A stretch of 64,000 nt of DNA from an uncultured Candidatus Rokubacteria bacterium. Lineage in GTDB: Bacteria; Methylomirabilota; Methylomirabilia; Rokubacteriales; DASRDR01. Position 1 is the stretch's first letter, and each line of letters begins with the position of its first letter. This document shows positions 21,478 through 31,156 of this stretch, piece after piece. The stretch is from NCBI GenBank assembly GCA_963805625.1, contig CAWDVE010000010.1:960001-1024000 (forward strand), written 5' to 3'. The translations under genes were made by a program, and so were the position numbers. Under the pieces are notes generated by a model that worked only from the letters and a program-made list of their open reading frames with translations, was not told the DNA's origin and searched no databases.

Positions 21478-21562
21478 CGGGGTCAGACTTTGCCTTCCCG
21501 ACATTTTCCCTCCAGCCTGAAGGGGGAACCCTGAAATGTCGGGAAGGCAAAGTCTGACCCCG
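21478..21562. repeat. Palindromic element, copy 3
   Basis: Perfect 29-bp IR cggggtcagactttgccttcccgacattt (21478-21506) / 21534-21562. Confidence 0.92.
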
Positions 21563-22324
21563 GGCTGGGATCCCGCGAAGTACCTGGAGTTCGCGGGCCA
21601 TCGGCTGCGCCCGGCCCTCGATCTCCTAGCCCGCGTGCCGACGACCGCGCCCGCCGTGGTCCACGACCTCGGCTGTGGCGCGGGCAACGTCACCCGGCTC
21701 CTGGTCGAGCGCTGGCCGGGCGCGGCGGTGACCGGAGTCGACGGCTCGGCGGCCATGCTCGACACCGCCCGAGCCGCCGCGCCCACGGTGACGTGGATCC
21801 AGGCCGACATCGGCGCCTGGCGCGGCCCCAGGCCGGCCGACGTCGTCTTCTCCAACGCCGCGCTCCACTGGCTCGACGATCATGCGGGACTCTTTCCGCG
21901 CTTGCTCTCGGGCATCGCGCCGGGCGGCGTCCTGGCCGTCCAGATGCCGCGAAACCACGGTGCGCCGTCTCACACCGAGATGGTCGCCGCCGCGGAGGCG
22001 GGACCCTGGCAGGAGCGCCTGCGCCCGGCGCTCCGCGCGCGACCGGTCGCCGGACCTGCCGTCTACCACGACATCCTCGCCCCCCACGTCTCACGGCTCG
22101 ACATCTGGGAGACCGAGTACCTGCACGCGCTGGAGGGTGACAACCCGGTCGTCGAGTGGACACGCGGGTCGGCGCTCAAGCCGCTCCTCGATCGCCTCGA
22201 GGAGCCGGAGCGCTCCGGCTTCCTGGCCGAGTACTCGGCACGGATCGCCCTCGCCTATCCCCGCCGGCGCGACGGCCGGACACTCTTCCCCTTCCGCCGC
22301 CTGTTCATCGTCGCCATGCGTTGA
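21536..22324 (+). CDS. tam: Trans-aconitate 2-methyltransferase
   Basis: WDPAKYL..RPALDLL, DLGCGAGN, SNAALHWL, FPFRRLFIVA. Confidence 0.9.
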   Translation: MSGRQSLTPGWDPAKYLEFAGHRLRPALDLLARVPTTAPAVVHDLGCGAGNVTRLLVERWPGAAVTGVDGSAAMLDTARAAAPTVTWIQADIGAWRGPRPADVVFSNAALHWLDDHAGLFPRLLSGIAPGGVLAVQMPRNHGAPSHTEMVAAAEAGPWQERLRPALRARPVAGPAVYHDILAPHVSRLDIWETEYLHALEGDNPVVEWTRGSALKPLLDRLEEPERSGFLAEYSARIALAYPRRRDGRTLFPFRRLFIVAMR

Positions 22325-22343
22325 CAGGCAGACGAGGCTCGAG

Positions 22344-23219
22344 ATGCGGTTCGTGACCTACAACATCCAGTACGGCAAGGGCCGGGACGGCCGCTTCGAC
22401 CTCCGGCGAATCGCGGACGCGGTCCGGGAGGCCGACGTGATCGCCCTCCAGGAGGTCGAGCGGTACTACATCCGGTCGGGCATGGTCGACCAGCCAGCCG
22501 AGCTCGCGGGCCTCCTGCCCGACCACCACTGGGTGTATGGCCCCGGCCTCGATATCGACGCGAGCCTGCGTGACCGGGCGGGGCGGCTGGTCCACCGCCG
22601 GCGACAGTTCGGGAACATGCTGCTCTCGCGCGAGCCCATCCTCTCCTCCCGCTGCTTCCCCTTACCCAAGCTCGGCACCGTGATCCAGCACAGCCTCCAG
22701 CGTGTCGCGCTGGAGGGCGTGATCTCCGGGGACTCGGGCGGCTCCGGCCCGGTGCGGGTGTACTCGATCCATCTCACTCACCTCGCCGATGCGACGCGCG
22801 GACCCCAGGTCGACGCGATTCTGGACATCCACCGGCGCGCGCCCGCGGAAGGCGGCGCGTGGTGCGGTACCGCGGGGGCGGACTGGACGCAGGGCGAGCC
22901 GGCGCCGCCGATGCCGCGTGCCGCGCTTCTCATGGGCGACTTCAACCTCGATCCTGCCTCCCCGCTCTACGACCGGATCGTGGGGCCGCTCTCACCGGAG
23001 TACGGGCGGATGAACGCGATCGAGGGATTCGTCGACGCCTGGGTGGCCACCGGGCACGGTGAGCGCGACGGCGTCACGTGTCACGGGGTTCACGTCGGCC
23101 AGCGAATCGACTACTGCTTCGTCAGCACGTCCCTCCTGCCGCGGCTCCGCGGCTGCTGGATCGACGATGGGGCAGCGGGATCCGACCACCAGCCGGTGTG
23201 GACGGAGCTGGATCTCTGA
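22344..23219 (+). CDS. Endonuclease/exonuclease/phosphatase family protein
   Basis: TYNIQ, LQEV, GDFN, RIDY, GSDHQPV. Confidence 0.9.
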   Translation: MRFVTYNIQYGKGRDGRFDLRRIADAVREADVIALQEVERYYIRSGMVDQPAELAGLLPDHHWVYGPGLDIDASLRDRAGRLVHRRRQFGNMLLSREPILSSRCFPLPKLGTVIQHSLQRVALEGVISGDSGGSGPVRVYSIHLTHLADATRGPQVDAILDIHRRAPAEGGAWCGTAGADWTQGEPAPPMPRAALLMGDFNLDPASPLYDRIVGPLSPEYGRMNAIEGFVDAWVATGHGERDGVTCHGVHVGQRIDYCFVSTSLLPRLRGCWIDDGAAGSDHQPVWTELDL

Positions 23220-23415
23220 CGGCGCCGGGCGCGATCCACGCGAAACCGGGCCCGAGGCCGGATCGAAGCGCGATTCGTTCACCCCCGTGACGAAGCCGCG
23301 CTCGACTTCAGGCGGCGACTCCGAGATCCGATACTGATCGCGGCGCGGCCGGTGCGGCTCGAAGGGACCACCGAGACGCCGTGATAGAGTGGACGCATCG
23401 GAGGTGGGAGAGCGC

Positions 23416-24633
23416 ATGACAGGGGCGGAACGCCGGCATACCGAGACCGTGGACGTGGGCGGGGTCTGGGTGGGGAGCACGCGCCCGATCGTCGTCCAGT
23501 CCATGACCAACACCGACACGGCGGACGTGCCGGGGACGATCGCCCAGGTGCGTGCGCTCGCCGAGGCCGGCAGCGAGCTCGTGCGGGTGACGGTCAACAA
23601 CGACGACGCGGCGCGCGCGGTGCCTGACATCGTCCGCGAGGTGGACGTGCCGGTCATCGGTGACTTCCACTACAACGGCCACCTCCTGCTCGTGAAATAT
23701 CCCGCGTGCGCCAGGGCACTCGCCAAGTATCGGATCAATCCCGGCAACGTCGGGGCCAAGCACCGCGACGAGAACTTCGCGACGATCGTCAAGATCGCGA
23801 TCGACCACGGCAAGCCGGTCCGCATCGGCGTCAATTGGGGGAGCCTGGACCAGCACCTCCTGACCGAGATGATGGACGCGAACGCGAAGCTCGCGGAGCC
23901 GCGTGACGCGCGCGACGTGATGCTGGACGCGATCGTGGAGAGTGCGATCCGCTCGGCCGAGCTGGCCGAGGCGACCGGGCTCGCCCACGACCGCATCATC
24001 CTGTCGGCGAAGGTGTCGGGCGTGCAGGACCTGGTCGACGTCTACCGGCGCCTCGCGCCCCGCTCCGACCATCCGCTCCACCTCGGCCTCACCGAGGCGG
24101 GCATGGGGATGAAGGGCATCGTGGCGAGCACGGCGGGGCTGTCCATCCTGCTCCAGGAGGGGATCGGCGACACCATCCGGGTCTCCCTCACGCCGCGTCC
24201 CGGCGGCGACCGGACTGAGGAGGTCCAGGTCGCCCAGCAGATCCTCCAGTCGCTCGGGCTCCGCATCTTCGCGCCGCAGGTCACCGCCTGCCCCGGCTGC
24301 GGCCGGACGACGTCGACCTTCTTCCAGGAAATGGCGGAGGAGATCCAGGGGTACCTGCGGAGCGAGATGCCCCGCTGGCGCGAGCGCTATCGCGGCGCCG
24401 AGACGCTCCGGGTCGCCGTCATGGGCTGCGTCGTGAACGGGCCCGGCGAGTCCAAGCACGCGGACATCGGCATCTCGCTGCCCGGCACGTTCGAGGAGCC
24501 GAAGGCCCCGGTCTACGTCGACGGGAAGCTCCTGCTCACGCTCCGCGGCGACACGATCGTCGCCGACTTCCTGCGGATCCTCGAGGACTACGTCGACACG
24601 CGCTTCGGCGCGACGCCGCCCGCCCGCAGCTGA
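23416..24633 (+). CDS. ispG: HMBPP synthase
   Basis: [44 protein letters not shown]. Confidence 0.97.
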   Translation: MTGAERRHTETVDVGGVWVGSTRPIVVQSMTNTDTADVPGTIAQVRALAEAGSELVRVTVNNDDAARAVPDIVREVDVPVIGDFHYNGHLLLVKYPACARALAKYRINPGNVGAKHRDENFATIVKIAIDHGKPVRIGVNWGSLDQHLLTEMMDANAKLAEPRDARDVMLDAIVESAIRSAELAEATGLAHDRIILSAKVSGVQDLVDVYRRLAPRSDHPLHLGLTEAGMGMKGIVASTAGLSILLQEGIGDTIRVSLTPRPGGDRTEEVQVAQQILQSLGLRIFAPQVTACPGCGRTTSTFFQEMAEEIQGYLRSEMPRWRERYRGAETLRVAVMGCVVNGPGESKHADIGISLPGTFEEPKAPVYVDGKLLLTLRGDTIVADFLRILEDYVDTRFGATPPARS

Positions 24634-24751
24634 GCGGCGCGGGGGCCTAGTCCCCTTTCGCCGCCGCGTCTTCCCCGCTCGGGCCCGGGCCGGAAACCTG
24701 GCGCGAGAGCTGGCCCGACAGTCGCCGCGGTTGGCGGGAAGGAGGCTCCCC

Positions 24752-25198
24752 ATGTGGTCGTCCGCGATCGTGGCGTCGCTTCACTACCTGGCGCTTGCCA
24801 TCGGCCTGCCCGCGGTGTTCCTGCGCGGGCGCGCGCTCAAGGGATCGCTGGACGACGCAGGGCTCCGGAGGCTCTTCGCGGCCGACTCGGTGTGGGGCGT
24901 CGCGGCCGCCCTCTGGGTGGCGACCGGCCTCCTTCGGGCGTTTGGCGGGCTCGAGAAGGGCTCGGCCTTCTACCTCCAGAGCTCGCTGTTCTACCTGAAG
25001 ATGGCGCTCTTCCTGGCGATCGTGGTTTTGGAGATCTGGCCGATGCTCACCTTCATCGGCTGGCGTCAGGCGCAGCGCCGAGGCGCCCGCGTGGATACCA
25101 GCCGGGCGCCCGCTTTGTTCCGAGTGAGCCACATCCAGCTCGCCCTCACCGTCGTCATCGTCTTCGTCGCCTCCGCCATGGCTCGCGGGCTCTGGTAG
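24752..25198 (+). CDS. DUF2214-like membrane protein
   Basis: LHYLAL, D..WG, TGLLR..EKG..FY, MARG. Confidence 0.75.
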   Translation: MWSSAIVASLHYLALAIGLPAVFLRGRALKGSLDDAGLRRLFAADSVWGVAAALWVATGLLRAFGGLEKGSAFYLQSSLFYLKMALFLAIVVLEIWPMLTFIGWRQAQRRGARVDTSRAPALFRVSHIQLALTVVIVFVASAMARGLW

Positions 25199-25240
25199 GC
25201 TCGCGAATCAGAAGCACGGCGCGGGGCGGTGGGTTGCCTG

Positions 25241-26055
25241 CTACTCCGGCGACCAGGGGGGGACGGCGCTGAAGAGCCCGTCGACGACGCCGATCTGGTA
25301 GGCCATCCAGAGGCCGAAACCGAGGCTGATGAGACCCGACGCCGTCGCGAGGTGGCGGTTGAGCCACGCGAAGCGGTGGGCGGTCACCGCGAAGGGCACG
25401 GCGACCGCCGCGGTGATCAGCATCATGCCCGCGATCGTCCCCACCCCGAAGACGAGGAGATACCCGATCCCCCACCACGGGTCGCGGATCACCGCCAGCA
25501 CGAGCAGCGCGACCGCCGCGGACCCCGCGAGCCCATGAACCAGCCCGACGACGAGCGGGCGAAGGATCTGGTACGCACCGAATTGCCCCAGAGTGCGGTC
25601 GAGCCGCGCCTGGGGCGTCGCCTCCTCGGGGTGCCCGTGCGCCTCCGGCGCGTGGCCGTGGACGTGGCTGTGGACGTAGTCGCCGTGGACGTGCGGGTGT
25701 ACGTGACGGTCCCCGTGGCCTCCGGCGTGGGAGGCCCCCGCCCGCGCCTCCTGGATCCGTCGGGTGACGCCGGTCAGCGTCAGGACCCCCAGCAGGACCA
25801 GCATGATCGCAACGGAGAACTCCACCCCGAGCCCCACGCGGGGCGGAATGACGAGACCGAACAGGATGATCGCGCCTCCCACGCTGAGGATCGTCAGCGT
25901 GTGCCCGAGCCCCCAGAGCCCCCCGTCCACGCGGCCGCGCGCACCGAGCGCTGGCGGCTCACGATCGTCGTGACGGCGATGACGTGGTCGGGGTCGGTCG
26001 CGTGGCGCATCCCGAGGAAAAAGCCGAGGAGGAGGACGGACAGGAGTGGGGTCAT
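25241..26055 (-). CDS. High-affinity Ni/Co transporter family (HoxN/UreH-like); -1 frameshift at C6 run 25919-25924
   Basis: GMRHATDPDH in one frame; WGLGHT, His-rich loop and HGLAGS in another. Confidence 0.82.
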
Positions 26056-26104
26056 GCGGGATACCTTACGAGATCAGCGGCCCGCCCGCCACCGCCGCGC
26101 GACC

Positions 26105-27064
26105 TCACCGCCGGGGCCGCCGGCGACCCGGCGATGGCGGCGCCCCGGCCGGCCTCCGCACGGCGCCGCCCGGCATCCGCTCCTCCAGCTCCTCGAGCGT
26201 GCGCGGCCAGTCCTGGTGGAGGAGGCGTGAGAGGGCGCGATCCGCCAGGAGCCGCCCGCCGGTCTGGCAGACCGCGCAGTAGTTGGTCTCGTTCTCGGCG
26301 TGGACGATCCGCTGCACCGGCGCCCCGCAGTCGGGGCACGGCTGGCCGTACCGGCCGTGGACCGCCATTCCCTCGCGGAAGGCCGTGACCTTCTCCGGGA
26401 AGGCCAGCCGCGCCGCCGCGGAGAGACGCTCGGCCCACTCGACGAGCACCGCGCACGCGGCGACGTGGAGCCGCGCGAGCTCGGCGCCGTCCAGCTGGTC
26501 CGTCATCCTCACCGGCGAAAGCCGCGCGCGATGCAGGATCTCGTCCGCGTACGCGTTGCCGATGCCGTCCAGAAGGCGCGGGTCCGTGAGGGCGCGACGG
26601 AGCGTGTGCCGCTCCCGGGACAGCGCTCCGGCAAACTCGGCGGCGGTCGCCCCCAGGACGTCGAGGCCGCCGGGGTCGAGAGCGGCGAGCGCCGCCTCGC
26701 CCCGCGCCAGGTGAATCGACGCCCGACGCCGGGTTCCGGCTTCGGTGAGAGTCAGCGTGCCGCCCGGGAAGTCGAGCGCCGCGAGCCCCACCCGGCCCGG
26801 CGGGCGCGCGCCTGCCGGTCGCCAGTGAAGGCGGCCGGCGATCATCAGGTGGATGACGATGAAGCGCTCGCCTTCGAGCGCGAGGACGACGCGCTTGCCC
26901 AGGCGGCGGAGTCCCACCACGGTCCGCCCCTCGACCTCGGCCACCGGCGGATCGACCGAGCGGAGGACGAACGGGCTCGCCAGGCGGACCCGCTCGAGCG
27001 GCCGTTCGAGGACGCGCGGCTCGAGGGCCGTCAGGTACGCGACGACGTCGGGTAGCTCGGGCAA
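26105..27064 (-). CDS. Fpg/Nei family DNA glycosylase
   Basis: TTG start giving (M)PELPDV; GK..HLMIAG, GIGNAYADE, zinc finger CPDC..CAVCQ. Confidence 0.92.
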   Translation of the reverse strand: MPELPDVVAYLTALEPRVLERPLERVRLASPFVLRSVDPPVAEVEGRTVVGLRRLGKRVVLALEGERFIVIHLMIAGRLHWRPAGARPPGRVGLAALDFPGGTLTLTEAGTRRRASIHLARGEAALAALDPGGLDVLGATAAEFAGALSRERHTLRRALTDPRLLDGIGNAYADEILHRARLSPVRMTDQLDGAELARLHVAACAVLVEWAERLSAAARLAFPEKVTAFREGMAVHGRYGQPCPDCGAPVQRIVHAENETNYCAVCQTGGRLLADRALSRLLHQDWPRTLEELEERMPGGAVRRPAGAPPSPGRRRPRR

Positions 27065-27313
27065 CTGTCCGCGCCTGGCATAGGTCCGGGTACGATCGGC
27101 GAGTCCGCTCCGATCAGCTCCTCGATTGCATTGCACGAGGCGGCCGGAGTCAAGGGCCGCACGCGCGTGCTAGCATGATCTCGGCGCGCCGGAGTAGAGC
27201 CACGACGTGAAGTGCCACCCCGGTATCCTCCCCCGCCCGAGACCGTCGACACCGACAGCCTGGTCGTCGACATCGATCGATCGCCGTGCCAAGCCACGGC
27301 AAGGAGCGAGGCC

Positions 27314-27790
27314 ATGCCAAGCAAGAGCTACGCCGCCGGCCACGTCCTGCTGAGCCTCGACGGCACGCTTCGATGCCTCCTCGCCGGCCTCGAGGACGCA
27401 TGCAAGCGCGTGACGAAGATCGATTCGTTCACGGTCAAGCAGAGCATCGTCGAGTTCGCCACCGGCGGATCCGCGATCAGGACGAAGCATCCGACGACGC
27501 TCGAAATCCCGAATCTCAGAATCACGTTCTCGGCGGCCGACGCGAAGCCGTGGCAGGACTGGTTCGACGACTTCGTGATCAAGGGCAATGCCGGCCCGGG
27601 GAACGAGAAGAACGACACCATCGAGTTCCTCGATCCGAGCGGCAAGGCGACGCTCGGCACCGTCAACCTCGTGCCGTGCGACATCTTCTCGCTCGATCTC
27701 GAATCGCTCGGAGGGACCCGGAACGCCGGTCCGCGGTACGCCGCGGAGCTCTACGTCCAGGGCATGCAGGTCGACCTGAAGAACGTCTGA
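27314..27790 (+). CDS. Orphan phage tail tube (T4 gp19/Afp1-5)-like protein, possibly internally deleted
   Basis: KIDSFTVKQ, P..LEIPNLRIT, WQDWFDDFVIKG..EKN.TIEFLD, AELYV; AAGGAG RBS. Confidence 0.6.
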   Translation: MPSKSYAAGHVLLSLDGTLRCLLAGLEDACKRVTKIDSFTVKQSIVEFATGGSAIRTKHPTTLEIPNLRITFSAADAKPWQDWFDDFVIKGNAGPGNEKNDTIEFLDPSGKATLGTVNLVPCDIFSLDLESLGGTRNAGPRYAAELYVQGMQVDLKNV

Positions 27791-27913
27791 TTGAGAGCTC
27801 GCGACGCTGCGCGACGTCCTCGGCGTCCCACGGGTGACCGCCCGCGCCCGCCTCAGACCGGCGTCGAGCTCCGCAATCCCCACGCCGCGCGCCGTGCTAC
27901 GGTTGGGCCGCCG

Positions 27914-29119
27914 ATGGCCCGTGCCGAGACCGCGCTCCTCCGTCTGCCTGGCTTCCCCCGGTTCGCCTGCTCCGCCATGCTCAACACGGTCGCCTTCGCC
28001 GGCGAGCAGGTCGTCCTCGGGTGGCTCGTCCTCGATCTCACGAACTCGCCCCTCCTGGTCGGCGTGGCGCTCGCCCTTCGCATGGCGCCCCTGCTCGTTG
28101 TCGGCCTGCCCGCCGGCGTCCTGGCGGACCGGGGGGATCGTCTCGTCCTTCTCCGCGCCGCCAACACGACCATGGCGCTCGCCCTCACCGCACTCGGCAC
28201 CCTCTCGGTGCTCGGGCGCGTGACGATCGTGCCGGTCCTGGCTCTCACGGTTCTCATCGGCTGTGCGCGCGCTCTGCAGCAGGTGACGCAGCAGGTCCAC
28301 GCCCACGACCTGGTCGGCGCCGCGCGACTGACCGAGGCGCTCGGGGTCCTCGGCATCGCGATGCGCATCGGCGGTCTCACGGGCTCGCTGCTCGCAGGTC
28401 GCCTGATCGGCGGCCTTGGACCGGGCGTCGCGTACCTTGCGGCCGCATCCGCGTCGCTCCTGGGCACCCTGATCCTCCCCCGGCACTCCTCTCACGCGGT
28501 CCGCCCACCCACGGCATCTGGCTCGGTGTGGGAAGGCTTGTCCGGCTTCGTCGAAGCTGTCCGGAGGGAGCGGCGCCTGCCACTGCTCATGGGGCTGACG
28601 GCCGCCGGCGAGGTCCTCGGCTTCTCGCACCAGGCCGTCCTGCCGAGCCTCGCTCGCGACATCCTGCGGGTGGGACCGGAGGGACTCGGCGTGATGAACG
28701 CCACGCGCCAGGCGGGCGGGATCATCGGCATGCTCGGCGTCGGCCGCCTGAGCCAGATGGGCGGGCTCACGGTCGTCTTCGTCGCCGTCCTCGGGGCGTT
28801 CGGCGCAGGAGTGGCCCTGCTGGGTCTCGCTCCCGGCTACGGAACCGTGCTCCTGCTGCTCCTCCTGATCAACGCGGTCGGCGCGATGGCAGACGTCCTC
28901 GGACAGAGCCTCATGCAGCAGGCCGTGCCGGCCGCACTGCGGGGCCGGGCGAGCGGCGCCTGGGTGGTGGCGATCGGCGTGGGGCCCGTGGGACAGTTCC
29001 AGATCGGGGCGCTCGTCTCTTGGCTGGGCGTCGCCCCCGCTCTGGGCCTGAGCGGTGCCGCGCTCGTCGCGGTGGCGCTGAGCGCCCGGTTCCTCATGGC
29101 GCGTGCGCGCAGGCTCTGA
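27914..29119 (+). CDS. MFS transporter
   Basis: GVLADRGDR, LRGRASG; about 12 hydrophobic segments. Confidence 0.88.
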   Translation: MARAETALLRLPGFPRFACSAMLNTVAFAGEQVVLGWLVLDLTNSPLLVGVALALRMAPLLVVGLPAGVLADRGDRLVLLRAANTTMALALTALGTLSVLGRVTIVPVLALTVLIGCARALQQVTQQVHAHDLVGAARLTEALGVLGIAMRIGGLTGSLLAGRLIGGLGPGVAYLAAASASLLGTLILPRHSSHAVRPPTASGSVWEGLSGFVEAVRRERRLPLLMGLTAAGEVLGFSHQAVLPSLARDILRVGPEGLGVMNATRQAGGIIGMLGVGRLSQMGGLTVVFVAVLGAFGAGVALLGLAPGYGTVLLLLLLINAVGAMADVLGQSLMQQAVPAALRGRASGAWVVAIGVGPVGQFQIGALVSWLGVAPALGLSGAALVAVALSARFLMARARRL

Positions 29120-29263
29120 CGCGAGCCGCCGCCGAGGTCACCCGGCAGACACTCCGGCCATCTGCTCCCGCCCGATAGACGGGTGGCCCGGGCAGACCTT
29201 CCGGCCCCGCCCGGGCCACCTGGCGGTGACGCGCAATCGAAGTGGAATGCCTCCCGCCGCTCG

Positions 29264-29686
29264 CTAGCAGCAGCCCCCGGAAACCGCGGGCTTCTTCGGC
29301 GGCTCGATGAGCTCGATGCGCGCGTCGTCGGGCCCACGGACGAAGGCGATGCGTGGCCCGTTCGGCACCTGGATCGGACCCTCGAGCAGCGGGCATCCGA
29401 GCGCGCCCAGCCGGGTGATGTCGGCGTCGAGATTCGCCGAATCGAAGCCGAAGTGCTCGATGCCGTGGTGCGGCATGGCGTCGCCCGCGCCCAGCTTCTC
29501 GCCGGTCCTGGCGCCCGAGATGTTCACGGCGATGCCGCCGTCCTCGCTCATGCACCGGACGAAGCGGTCACCGAAGACCCGCGTCTCGTCGGAAAGGATC
29601 TTGAAGTTGAACGCCTTGACGTACCAGTCGGCGGTCCTCCGGGGATCCGGAGCCTTGAGGTGGATGTGATTGATCCGGAATGCCAT
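29264..29686 (-). CDS. VOC/glyoxalase family protein
   Basis: NHIHL, EHFGF, FVRGPD..IELIE; GGAGG RBS. Confidence 0.85.
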   Translation of the reverse strand: MAFRINHIHLKAPDPRRTADWYVKAFNFKILSDETRVFGDRFVRCMSEDGGIAVNISGARTGEKLGAGDAMPHHGIEHFGFDSANLDADITRLGALGCPLLEGPIQVPNGPRIAFVRGPDDARIELIEPPKKPAVSGGCC

Positions 29687-29804
29687 CGTGACCTCCAGGT
29701 CCATGGCCGGCGCGCGGCCGGCCGGGAAGTGAGCCATTGTCGCCGCGGAATCCTCCCGCCGTGACCCTTCGCCTCCGCGGCCCTCGGAACGGGTCCCGGC
29801 CGGA

Positions 29805-31064
29805 TCAGACGAGGGCGCGTCGGCCGAGCTTCACAGGACGGCCGCCCTGGATCACGTCCACCGCGTCACCCAGCGCGGCGATGTCCGCCGCGGGGTCCCC
29901 GGCAACGGTCATCAGGTCGGCCACGAGTCCGGGCCGAATGGCGCCGATCTCGTGCCCGAGGCGCATGGCCTCGGCGGACTCGGCGGTCGACACGGCCAGC
30001 GCTTGCCACGGTGAATACCCGAACCACTTCACGAACGCCCGGGCATTCGCGGACGACGCGTCGAATCGAGCGTGCGCCATCCCCATGTCGAGGCCAGTGA
30101 TGAAGCGCACCCCCCGCGCGCGCATGTCGCGGGTGATCTCCACGTGCTCCTCCATCGACACGGGTGCGGCCGACACCGACCAGTGAGGCTTGGGAGGCGG
30201 CGCGCCCGCTTCGAGCGCCTCGTGCCCGAGGAGGTGAAGCCCGAAGGTCACGTCGACCGCCTGGCCGTTGGCCGCGATCCGCTTCGACACTTCGGGATCG
30301 TACTCGAGCCCTTTCCGCGGGTCCGCCGAGAACCACCGGGCGTGCACGAGGTGGTGGATGCCGGCCTCGGCGCAGTTTCGCACGCCGTCGGCCGACAGCG
30401 TGTGCGCCACGATCTGCATGTCCAGGCGCTCCGCCTCCCGAACGGCCGCGCGGAGGGTGGTGGCGGGGTACTGGACCGTCCGGGGGTTCGCCGTCGGCGT
30501 GAACATGCCGCCGGTCGCCATCATCTTGATGCAATCGGCGCCGAGCTTCTTCTGCCGGCGCACCGCGGTGATGACCTCGTCGACGGTGTCCGCCTCCGTC
30601 CCGAACATCCAGCAGTGCCCGGCCGTCGTCGTGATCGGGGTGCCGGTCAGGATCAGGCGCGGGCCGGCCACGACGCCCCGCCGCACTGCGTCGCGGATCG
30701 GGAACGCGATCTCGTTCTTGCTGCCGATGTCGCGGAGCGTCGTCACACCGCTCATGAGCACGGCCCGGACGTTCGCGGCGGAGCGGAGGAGCAGCGCCTC
30801 GTGCGACTCGGTGGTGACGAGGTGGTAGGCGTCGGGCGTCGCGGAGCAGTGCATGTGCGCGTGGACGTCGACCAGGCCGGGCAGGAGCGAAACGTCGCCG
30901 AGGTCGTGGACGCGATGGGTCGAGCTCACGTCGGGCGGCAGCTCCCGCTGCGGCACCACCGCCCGGATCCGCTCGCCTTCGGTCAGGACCGCGTGGTCGG
31001 GCAGCCATCCCGACACGGTCGGATTCGCCACCCGTCTCGCCTTGAACACGGAACGCTCCGCCAC
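29805..31064 (-). CDS. Amidohydrolase (Xaa-Pro dipeptidase-like)
   Basis: PGLVDVHAH, GVTTLRD, IKMMATGG, AH, ADL..GDP. Confidence 0.9.
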   Translation of the reverse strand: MAERSVFKARRVANPTVSGWLPDHAVLTEGERIRAVVPQRELPPDVSSTHRVHDLGDVSLLPGLVDVHAHMHCSATPDAYHLVTTESHEALLLRSAANVRAVLMSGVTTLRDIGSKNEIAFPIRDAVRRGVVAGPRLILTGTPITTTAGHCWMFGTEADTVDEVITAVRRQKKLGADCIKMMATGGMFTPTANPRTVQYPATTLRAAVREAERLDMQIVAHTLSADGVRNCAEAGIHHLVHARWFSADPRKGLEYDPEVSKRIAANGQAVDVTFGLHLLGHEALEAGAPPPKPHWSVSAAPVSMEEHVEITRDMRARGVRFITGLDMGMAHARFDASSANARAFVKWFGYSPWQALAVSTAESAEAMRLGHEIGAIRPGLVADLMTVAGDPAADIAALGDAVDVIQGGRPVKLGRRALV

Positions 31065-31156
31065 GAATGCCTCCCTGGGTGTGCAGCGGCGGCGTGTGCC
31101 GCCAGCGCGGTCAGCCTACGTTCGCGGGCCCCGGCACCGCAAGTTCCCGCGGCCGA

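Noticed and set aside
25915-25930. Phase variation or programmed frameshift in the nickel transporter
   Set aside because: A C6 run is short for phase variation; a homopolymer sequencing error is simpler
27314-27790. Prophage or eCIS locus
   Set aside because: No other structural, lysis or integration genes nearby
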